Position numbers and translations under genes: made by a program. DNA of 63,892 nucleotides, filler included, from Octopus bimaculoides (taxonomy: Eukaryota): NCBI RefSeq assembly GCF_001194135.2. It is 6 parts of 6 records of this genome, joined end to end, with 100 filler letters (N's around TTAATTAATTAA, not from the genome) between each part and the next. Parts side by side here need not be neighbours in the genome. Positions count along the whole stretch, not along the records: positions 51,416 to 56,429 come from NC_068985.1; positions 56,530 to 59,090 come from NC_068998.1; positions 59,191 to 62,676 come from NW_026376616.1; positions 62,777 to 63,892 come from NW_026377745.1; 2 more parts are not named here. One strand, written 5' to 3'. How positions within the stretch are numbered: position 1 is the first letter of the stretch; each line of letters opens with the position of its first letter. Positions 53,723-63,892 of this stretch are shown here, in pieces. Under the pieces are notes generated by a model. The model searched no databases. It saw nothing but the letters and a program-made list of their open reading frames with translations, and had not been told where the DNA came from.

Positions 53723-54580
53723 ATATATGCATGCATATATATGACACACACACACACATACATATATATATGTACATTTGTATGTTGTATATATTTGTAT
53801 ATACGCATATATATATGCATGTGTGTGCATGTGTGTGTACATATGTATTTATATAAATATATATGTATTCATATGTATGCATGTATATACGTATGTATGT
53901 TTGTGTATATGTACGTACATCGCAGTTATACTCATGCATTTATAGAAACACTGATAAGTATTTGTACAAGGATATACATCCCGGTTGATACATGTATGCA
54001 TGTGTATATACAGAGACGTGCATATAATATAGATGTAATCCGGGTTCGAATCTCATATATATACACTCATAACCATGTTTTTGTCTCGTAATATTTATTG
54101 GAGATGCTTAAACATAAATGTGCACACCCTTATCTAAATATTTATGGGTACATACCGCCTGTACATATATATAACCAAACCCATACACACACACACAAAC
54201 ACATACACACCGGCACATACACACAAGCAAATACATACTTCCATATACACTTGCAGATACATACATGCATATATTTATATATGCCCTCTCAAACACAAAC
54301 ACAAATATACATATATAAATATATATATGTATGTATGTATATATATGTGTGTGTGTGTGTGTGTATACATTTATATGCATACATCTGTATATAGACAGAC
54401 AGACAAACAGACCGACAGAGAAATAGATCAATAGATAGATATACTCTCAAATATATGTGTAATATAAAAAAAAACCATTGATGTATAAATCTTCATCTTT
54501 CTCTTTCTCTCTCACTCTCTCTGTCTCTACCTATCGATCCACGTATTCTTTCTGCCTATATGTGTGTGTACACATACATA

Positions 54581-54613
<33 letters not shown>

Positions 54614-55456
54614 NNNNNNNNNNNNNNNNNNNNNNNNNNNNNNNNNNNNNNNNNNNNNNNNNNNNNNNNNNNNNNNNNNNNNNNNNNNNNNNNNNNNNNN
54701 NNNNNNNNNNNNNNNNNNNNNNNNNNNNNNNNNNNNNNNNNNNNNNNNNNNNNNNNNNNNNNNNNNNNNNNNNNNNNNNNNNNNNNNNNNNNNNNNNNNN
54801 NNNNNNNNNNNNNNNNNNNNNNNNNNNNNNNNNNNNNNNNNNNNNNNNNNNNNNNNNNNNNNNNNNNNNNNNNNNNNNNNNNNNNNNNNNNNNNNNNNNN
54901 NNNNNNNNNNNNNNNNNNNNNNNNNNNNNNNNNNNNNNNNNNNNNNNNNNNNNNNNNNNNNNNNNNNNNNNNNNNNNNNNNNNNNNNNNNNNNNNNNNNN
55001 NNNNNNNNNNNNNNNNNNNNNNNNNNNNNNNNNNNNNNNNNNNNNNNNNNNNNNNNNNNNNNNNNNNNNNNNNNNNNNNNNNNNNNNNNNNNNNNNNNNN
55101 NNNNNNNNNNNNNNNNNNNNNNNNNNNNNNNNNNNNNNNNNNNNNNNNNNNNNNNNNNNNNNNNNNNNNNNNNNNNNNNNNNNNNNNNNNNNNNNNNNNN
55201 NNNNNNNNNNNNNNNNNNNNNNNNNNNNNNNNNNNNNNNNNNNNNNNNNNNNNNNNNNNNNNNNNNNNNNNNNNNNNNNNNNNNNNNNNNNNNNNNNNNN
55301 NNNNNNNNNNNNNNNNNNNNNNNNNNNNNNNNNNNNNNNNNNNNNNNNNNNNNNNNNNNNNNNNNNNNNNNNNNNNNNNNNNNNNNNNNNNNNNNNNNNN
55401 NNNNNNNNNNNNNNNNNNNNNNNNNNNNNNNNNNNNNNNNNNNNNNNNNNNNNNNN

Positions 55457-55730
55457 GTGTACTCTTAACGTAGTTCTCGGGGATATTCAGTGTGACACAG
55501 TGTGACAAGGCTGGCCCTTTAAAATACAGATACAACAGAAACAGGAAGTAAGAGTGAGAGAAAGTTGTGGTGGAAGAGTACAGCAGGGTTCGCCACCATC
55601 CCCTGCCGGAGCCTCGTGGAGCTTTAGGTGTTTTCGCTCAATAAACATTCACAACGCCCGGTCTGGGAATCGAAACCGCGATCCTATGACCGCGAGTCCG
55701 CTGCCCTAACCACTGGGCCATTGCGCCTCC
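55457..55730 (-). mobile_element. SINE family C
   Basis: GGCCCAGTGGTTAGGG head, GGTTTCGATTCCC B-box, shared body. Confidence 0.72.
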
Positions 55731-56224
55731 ATGATATTTTACATAGGCAGACCGTAATTGTTACTTTCCTGCTCCTAATATTTTATTAATGACTTGTAAG
55801 GATGCAGTATTTCGTTATGCAACCATAATATAATATAAGGTATGTTAAACGATTTTATAAGCCAATACCGTGTTCTACAGTGTTAGCAGTACTCTTTACA
55901 TCGCTTGTTAAGGTTATCTATACAGATATTCTACAGAAATTAGCACTGATTTTTGTTACGACGTTTCGTATCGTGGACGTCGGGTGTAAACAAACAATGA
56001 AATCAAAGATGAAAAAAGGGTAATGGGCGTATTTGCCATATTTCGTGGGGGTTTGCCCCTTCATTAACACCCATCTAACTCTTTAATCATCTATTGCTTA
56101 TATAACCACTAAATACAGCGGTGAACGTTATTTGATGTACTAATTTTATATAGATGTTTTCGATCTAGTTTGGATTCTTTGCCATCAAATTTGAATTCTC
56201 TTGCCATCAAATTTGATGGCAAAG

Positions 56225-56420
56225 AATTCATTTGACTGTGGCCATGCTGGAGCACCGACTTAAGTCGAGCAAATTGACCCCAGGACTTATTCTTTGTAAG
56301 CCTAGTACTTATTCTATCGGACATTTTTGCCGAACCGCTAAGTTACGGGGAGGTAAACACACTAGCATCGGTTGTCAAACGATGTTGAGGGGACAGACAA
56401 ACAAACACATAAACAAAACT
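56225..56420 (-). mobile_element. SINE family A, 3' half
   Basis: CATTTGACTGTGGCCATGCTGGAGCACCG...GCCGAACCGCTAAGTTACGGGG. Confidence 0.7.
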
Positions 56421-56529
56421 AACATATATNNNNNNNNNNNNNNNNNNNNNNNNNNNNNNNNNNNNNNNNNNNNTTAATTAATTAANNNNNNNNNNNNNNN
56501 NNNNNNNNNNNNNNNNNNNNNNNNNNNNN

Positions 56530-56687
56530 CCTTAATTCTTCGAAACGCCGGAGTTTTAATGGTGGCAGCTGATGAAGGGGATGTTTCTATGTGGCCTGCT
56601 TGTTTGTTGCACCTTGTTTACCATTTTGTCCTTGTTCTTTTGCCACATCATGTACCCAGTTATGTATCTATATGTACATGTAGATGA
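56530..56687 (+). repeat. Young dispersed repeat, partner of 43108-43266
   Basis: Near-identical reverse complement of 43108-43266. Confidence 0.8.
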
Positions 56688-56820
56688 GCGTATATACATG
56701 TACATATATATGCATATACTCATATATTGTTTATATATATATATATATATATATATACATAATTATGCGTGTGAGTGTAGATATATATGCATGTATGTCA
56801 GCATGTATGTATACAGAACC

Positions 56821-56853
<33 letters not shown>

Positions 56854-58576
56854 ATGTATATTTATAACTCTTGTATAAATGTGTATAACCTTATATACCA
56901 CGTCTTACGTATTACTATACATCACTGCAAATATTACGTATATACACCTACATCAACCTATTTATATATTCTTACAAAAAAAAACATTATTTCTTACCAT
57001 TGCTCCCAAATTAATATTTGCATTCTCGCATGCACAACAAACATATATACACATTCTGTTTTCATTGTATTTCCTTACTTGTATTTGCAACGGCTTTTAT
57101 CCAGACTGAATTGACCCGGCTCCGACCAACGGGTTGACCATCAAGATATGGCTGGCGACAGTAAAGACGGACGTGGAAGCACAATCTGACCCCCGTCATG
57201 AACGCTGACCTCGAGCGACGGTAGGGCTCAGTCGAGGTTGTAATGGATACACACCCCAGTTTCACTGCCGGAGACCATAAACACGGGAGTTCCGATTGTG
57301 CTACCATTTCCGTCGTTACTGTCGCCAGCCATATCTTCATTTTTCCTCTAGTTCATTTGTGCCAGCCTGGGAGGGGGGCTGGGTTGATCGCCTTGTAAAT
57401 GAATTCCCCCGGAGGCTGACAGTAAGTATGGCCAAGACACCTTAGACGTCTTTTGAGTAGAACTCGTTGCAAAGAGTTGATGCAACAACGCTGTCGTATT
57501 TGGAGGATTGAAATGAAGTCCAATGGGCGAACACGCACACTTCCACACTTCTACTTTCATTGATACCATACTGATTACTTGGAGTGCGTAGGATGTCAGC
57601 GAAGTGTAACGATTTTGACAGGGGTCACATGTCGCATTTTTAGGGGTTGTCCGTCCACTTTGGCCTGCTCCTGGTACCCAACTCTCATCTGCATCTCCAA
57701 GTAGCTGTTTGCATGTAGTGGAGGCCATACCTCAGTAGATCGCTTTAACCGGTGGGTTAAACCTGGTGAGGTTAGCCAACGTGTATGTAACTCTTAGTGA
57801 GTAAGGTCTTGCCTTTTTATTCATGTGAAAACTGGATCTGCCGGACTCTGCAGGAAAAAAAAACTGTCATGGTTCAACAGAGGAAATGGCGGCTTGCAAT
57901 AACACACTGTGGAATACCGAGAGCAAGATGAGGCGAGTAAGACATCTCGATCATCCACAGCATCCGACTCCATCCCCCATCATCCCAATAGATTGAAGAT
58001 GGTCGCGGACAAGAGAATGGGGTTAAAGATGCGCAATTCTTCTTCATTTTAAACAAAGTCACTGCGCATGTCACCAGTTATCCCTAATGATGATTAAATG
58101 GTCCTCGTCGTTCGCACGGACAAACGTGTATCGATTATCAATTACAGTTCAATGTACTCGCAACGCCATTACCATCAAAGCCATCGTCACCACTGGAATG
58201 GTACGGTCAAGTCTTTTAATGTTGACTCATCCAGGAATATATGTATTCCGACAGGAAGAAATTACAGTCATTTCCTTTGATGATGGCATGTGAAGATGCC
58301 GAACACTCTTTGCTGTGTCTCTTTGGTGAACTTATCCGATTAGAATCATACGCATACATACATACATACATGCATAAATACATACATATATATATATATA
58401 TATATACATACACGCTCGTGCATGCATATATAGACACACACAAACATAGACGCATATATGCAGACACGCCGAGACAGACACACATACACACATATTTGCA
58501 CACACATGCACACAGACACATACACGCGTACACACAAGAATACATACACACAGGAATACACACACACACACACACT

Positions 58577-58617
<41 letters not shown>

Positions 58618-58715
58618 AAGCACCCATATACATACGTATATATGAATGTACTACACAAACATACATATACATATATATATATAAACATGCACTACACAAA
58701 CACATATATGCACAC

Positions 58716-58752
<37 letters not shown>

Positions 58753-59190
58753 AGTACTACACAAGCATATATAGATCCGAAAGTACCGTGCCTCTACAGC
58801 TACGCTATTCTTATACACTTTGAAATTCACACATTTACACACCAAAAAGAACACACACACACAGACACAGATGCACACATGCGCATAGAAGCACACAGAG
58901 ACACACATATGCACACAAACACTTAGAGGTACCAAAAGTATCATGCTTCTGCTGTTAACCTATCCACTCAGAAACATTCATATCACATTATCTTTGGCTA
59001 ATACCATTTATCTGTTGGGAGCGATACAACCCAACGTTGGTTAACAGTTCAGTCCGCCGAACGTTGAAGCAGACAAGCATAAATGAATTANNNNNNNNNN
59101 NNNNNNNNNNNNNNNNNNNNNNNNNNNNNNNNNNTTAATTAATTAANNNNNNNNNNNNNNNNNNNNNNNNNNNNNNNNNNNNNNNNNNNN

Positions 59191-59227
<37 letters not shown>

Positions 59228-59999
59228 GCATATGTGGGTACACGACGTCACCAACGGTGCAAATAACATGAAATACGTAAATAAACGAGAAAAGAAAGGA
59301 AAACAAGTTAACACAGGGAAAAGACCCTTCTTTAGTTGTCGGCTGTCTATCTTCTCCTCATTCCGAGCTTTCAACAACAATATGTGTCTTCAAAGACAGT
59401 TGCTCCCATAAACTCTAAAATAAAATTTAGGATTTATGGCGGGTTAAAGTTGGGAACAAAAACATGATAGTGGAGACGTACAAAGAAGTATAAGTGTATG
59501 TGTGTATGTGTTTAAATCCATGTATATGTTTGTATGTCTCTATCTCAATCTTAGGTAAACATACCCAGATACAAAATTTAACAGACATCCAAAACAGCAT
59601 TGGATTTTTCTACTCTATAGTTTCTGCCAGTTAATATGCTACTTATCTGTGTGTGTGTGTGTGTGTGTGAGCGCGTGCGAGTGGGTAAGTGTGTGTCTGA
59701 AAGGACGATGATACGTAAACAAATCGCAAATCAAGATAACTTCTCAATGTAGTGAAATTATTTCAGCTTTGAGAGAAGGTAAACCGACGCCTAGTGTTAA
59801 TTTCAACCAACTCGAAATGAGAAGATACTAGGCGGGGAGTGAGAGATTATCTTTTGAAATCCACGGTCTATCGATCTCTTGAAATAACAGACTATTAAGT
59901 AAAGTACACGTTCTATCTTTTCTTTGGAAGTGACGATGACATCTGTGAATATGTTTCTGCCTTACTATGCATCGTCATCGCAGTAGTTAACTTTAAGTG

Positions 60000-61750
60000 A
60001 CTTAATCTAGACATAATATTCTGATATATATAAATATAGACAGACTACCACAAGGTCCTGCCCTTATTGTTGCATAGCGACTTGTGTGTCTCAAGGACCC
60101 TGAGATCTTTCCTAGTGGAGTATAATATTCTGGTAGAGACTCATACTGGACAAGCCAAAGCATAAGGGTCAGACTTCTTATGCGTTGGCCCTGCAAAAAT
60201 CCATTTTTATCTCTTGCCAGACGTGAAAAGTGGGTTCGTGTAGGGCCAAAAGTGTTGCCCAGAAGAAAATAAATTTACAGAAGCACCGATGAAAATTTGA
60301 AAAGCAAGACCTGATAGGGGAACGCCTTTTTCCCCAGGAAAAACAACCCAAAGTCGGGAACAAGGCAGAAAAGCCGTCGGTAAACTATGCTCCGCGGGGA
60401 GTGAAGAACTTAAGCTGAAAGAATTGATAAGAAACACATTAAAGAACCTAACATCAGGCCCAGACCTGGAACCTACAAGAAAGGTGGATGAATGATAATT
60501 CCCCCAAAATAGCTGGAGTCAGGGTACAGAGGTAGAGCTTAGAAAAGCAAGGATTCGACTGGAAAGCGTAGAGAAGACAGTACAAAATCAAGAACATCGG
60601 AAGAAAGTCGTTGATGGCCTATTCTCCATAGGGAGTGAAGGGGTTAAGCAGAAAGGATCGATAGGCCGCACATTAAGGAAACCGACAACAGGCCCTGTGC
60701 TGGGGCCCACAAATGAGGTGGAAGAATGAAATGCCCTAAAATAGCTGGCGGTAGGATATAGAAGTAGAAGAGCTGAAAAAATCGGGGATTCAACTGGAAA
60801 GAAGCAGAGAAGATAGTACGGAAGCGAGAATATCGGAAGAAAATCGTCNNNNNNNNNNNNNNNNNNNNNNNNNNNNNNNNNNNNNNNNNNNNNNNNNNNN
60901 NNNNNNNNNGTCGTTGATGGCCTATTCTCCATAGGGAGTGAAGGGGTTAAGCAGAAAGGATCGATAGGCCGCACATTAAGGAAACCGACAACAGGCCCTG
61001 TGCTGGGGCCCACAAATGAGGTGGAAGAATGAAATGCCCTAAAATAGCTGGCGGTAGGATATAGAAGTAGAAGAGCTGAAAAAATCGGGGATTCAACTGG
61101 AAAGAAGCAGAGAAGATAGTACGGAAGCGAGAATATCGGAAGAAAATCGTCGATGGCTTTTGGGCCACAATGAGTGAAGAGCTTACGTAAAGTCGAGAAA
61201 TACGGAGAAAAGCTCCTAGTAAGGCCCCCTCCCAAATTGGACAAGTCAGAGGATTGACAAATATGGACCGCTTCTTCTCAGGGGTAAAATTAGGCTTATT
61301 TAGGGTTAATCTCCCTATCTAGAAACATGTACAGTTACAGAAGCATCAATAATAATTTAGAATCAACAAAACCTGAGAGTGGGAGGCCTTACAGCACAAG
61401 GGCATGAATAATGAAGAAATATTTTGTTGATGGCCTTTGCTATATAAGGAGTAAAGGACTTAAGTAAAATCTAGAAAATGGAGAAAAGCTCCTCCCAGTT
61501 TGGACAGGTCAAAGTATAGGGGCTAATATGAACCAGTTCTCAGAGGTAAAAATGGTTTTGTTTAGGATGAACTTCCCTGTCTAGAAATGTAACTTCCGAA
61601 TGATCGATAACAATTCGAAACCAAGATCTGAAACAGGAAGTCCTTTCATCAAGGAAGAAAGCCCAGGATCTAGAACGGGGGAGAGACTCATCGATAGCCT
61701 ATGCTCCATAAGGAGCGGAAGGCTTAGGTACTTACAAAAACAGGAGAGGA
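60000..61750. repeat. Diverged tandem array with a unit of roughly 240-270 bp
   Basis: GAT(G/A)GCCT.TGCTCCATA.GGAG..AAGG.CTTA(A/G)G-like motif recurs near 60390, 60615, 60918, 61430 and 61695. Confidence 0.6.
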
Positions 61751-61930
61751 AAAACAAAAGACTTTGAGATATTTACATAATATCCTCCCGAAGGACCTGA
61801 GAAACCTGCATGGGATGGATGTAGGTGTCTTCAAGATGGGGCTGGACCTCTTCCTGTCAAGTGTCCCAGATGAGCCAACTTTGCGGCAGGAGGTGCAGAT
61901 GAGGGCAACTGCATCAAACTCTCATGCACC
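61740..61930 (+). mobile_element. CR1/L2-like LINE 3' end
   Basis: HNILPKDLRNL.G..V.VFK..LDLFLSSVPDEP...RATASNS is the characteristic C-terminus of CR1/L2-type ORF2. Confidence 0.6.
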
Positions 61931-62269
61931 AAATGTCAATTGCAACTGCATCAAACTCTCTCTCATGCACCAAATGTCAATTCCTGAAGTAAAATTCGTG
62001 AAGTAAAATTGTGTAGCAAACCAAATAGCGGTGCCCCAGCATGGCCACAGCTCATGAGCTGAAACTAGATAAAATGAAGAAAAAATAACATGAAAATGAA
62101 ATGAATTAAAATACGAATGAATTATAGGAAATAATGGCCAGTGACATGATTTGGGGCAACAGTTATGGAGAACGTTAAAATAAACGACGCACAAGGTATA
62201 GCCGTTCTGTTTTGGAATTAGCTTAGCTTCGAGGGAAAATAAGCAAATATTTAACAGTAATTGCAATCG

Positions 62270-62500
62270 GCTCAAGTTATACTACATCACACAAACGGTG
62301 AAATGTGATATTTTTCTGTTAATCATAGGTTCCATCAAATTTGGCATTGTATTAATGAGGCTTGAATTTCGATGATGCTCTGTTTCATAGCGATGTTTAT
62401 AATGGCGCGATTTTAATTCTATGGTATGATCAAGGGTGAGGTTGAATGTAGCCGCATAAGTACTATCGCATAAGAGATAATTAACCTTAACGAAGGCCAT
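62270..62500 (-). mobile_element. Penelope-like GIY-YIG remnant
   Basis: ELKSRHYKHRYETEHHRNSSL resembles the R-x-x-x-H...H-RNxTxL segment of PLE endonucleases. Confidence 0.38.
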
Positions 62501-62626
62501 AGAAAGGTAAACACATCAACACCGGTTGTTAAGCGCTGGTGGGGGACAAACACACACAAGGACGCATACACAAAACGCACAAACACGCCCCTACCCGAAC
62601 TCATGCACATATACACACACTCATAA

Positions 62627-62657
<31 letters not shown>

Positions 62658-62949
62658 ATATATGTATGTATATATANNNNNNNNNNNNNNNNNNNNNNNN
62701 NNNNNNNNNNNNNNNNNNNNTTAATTAATTAANNNNNNNNNNNNNNNNNNNNNNNNNNNNNNNNNNNNNNNNNNNNCGTTACAAAACAATCAGGTACCAC
62801 TAAATCCAAATAGAACTAACATCCAGAGTAATTCATAATGTATGATAAAACAGATCCAAATATCGCCTAGAATTTCAAGAAATCTGGAGTAACTGGTAAC
62901 TTCAACAAGAATGAAGAAAATCACACTTTCAATTGAGGATTATAATTGG

Positions 62950-63500
62950 TGATCATTTCTATTGTATATATATTATATATTTATATGTATATGCTTTTAT
63001 GTATGTATTTATCGTACCCCAGAAAATACGGTGGGATGGGCTGAATAAAAACTTGAGCAATACTCTCAGTAGAAGTAGTGCATCTCTGGCTTGCCCACGT
63101 GGTACTTCAGTCCTGGATAATGATACGAATGCTTGGAAGACTGTTTTCCCCAATAACTATCAAGATGCATTCTACTGCAGTCTACCTGCAACAGTCACCT
63201 GTCTAACTGCTCCTGAACTACAATAGACTCCTGATGAGAAATGTAGTATATAAATGCTCAGTCTTCACAGGTAGTATTTAATTCTTTGTCACTGCTACGG
63301 CGAACAAACATAAGACAAAATTGATAAATCATTAATTCTCTAAAATATAGAAGGAAAGAACATAACACTTCATTGACGACACTAATTTGACAAATAACAA
63401 TATTAGTCAATTTCCTGGTTGGCTATACGAACTGCCCTTCTTTATGATACTAGGGAAAGGGGTTGCCAAGTATTTTCTACAGAAGCGCTCCAATTTCTGG
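62950..63500 (-). mobile_element. Highly degenerate LINE RT remnant (RTE-like)
   Basis: EVPRGQARDALLLLRVLLK resembles the RT motif GF...RGTRDAIxxLRxL; the remainder is badly decayed. Confidence 0.3.
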
Positions 63501-63892
63501 ACAGGTTTAATAAACACAATAACTGATTATAAGATGCAATCGTAAATTTCATAAAACTTTACTGAATGTAGATTTGCCACTCAGTAACCGGGATATCAGG
63601 CGCTTGTACACACATATATTTTCTTTTTTCTCCACTAGACACTAAGGCAAGCGTTGTGTAGCCCTTCCTGTTACTTCTGAATACTTAGATGTCTTTGATG
63701 TTATACCAGAATATGCAACAGTTCAATTCAATTAGTGTATATATGTAGACTTGAGATTATGAATACATAAAAAGTTGAGTGGAATTACGAATGACCTTCT
63801 GATATAAACGTAGATCTGAAGGTAAAACACAAAACTTGGGTATTTGTGAATAGAAACTCTAAACCTCATGGACACATCTGCAGCACTCTATG

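Noticed and set aside
56993-57000. ATG|GTAAG on the minus strand as tubulin exon 1
   Set aside because: About 31 kb from exon 2, beyond several gaps and with no supporting context. Similar ATG|GT at about 37160 and 38180 lie inside repeats.
60607-61151. Exact 242-nt direct repeat (60607-60848 and 60910-61151)
   Set aside because: Identical copies on both sides of a 61-N gap indicate an unmerged contig overlap; ORF 60588-61244 is a product of it.

Overview
Eukaryotic draft-genome window. It is AT-rich, packed with microsatellites and tRNA-derived SINEs, and broken by many N gaps. The repeat landscape looks like a coleoid cephalopod such as Octopus (inference). Two genes can be supported. (1) An alpha-tubulin on the minus strand with coding exons 25266-25488 and 22738-23867. 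These give 451 aa once a separate ATG-only exon 1 is added, which I could not locate. (2) An intron-rich cadherin-domain gene on the plus strand that the ORF track largely misses. I assembled it by hand from five small exons with canonical AG/GT ends and compatible phases (5151-5284, 8753-8791, 11467-11559, 14101-14199, 20988-21110). They encode 162 aa, covering most of one EC repeat and about two-thirds of the next. The last exon ends mid-domain at a strong donor and I found no further exon, so the tubulin appears to lie antisense inside a very large cadherin intron; an unknown-size gap near 22.1 kb is the main caveat. The rest is repeat: three SINE families, a HERO-like restriction-endonuclease retrotransposon 3' fragment, Tx1/L1-like, Penelope-like and CR1/L2-like remnants, and MITE ends. 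Other notable items are a 97-nt 28S rRNA fragment abutting a SINE, hammerhead-ribozyme-like motifs in Penelope-type repeats, and a hairpin-rich segment near 57-58 kb. Repeat boundaries are approximate and read by eye; no database searches were run.
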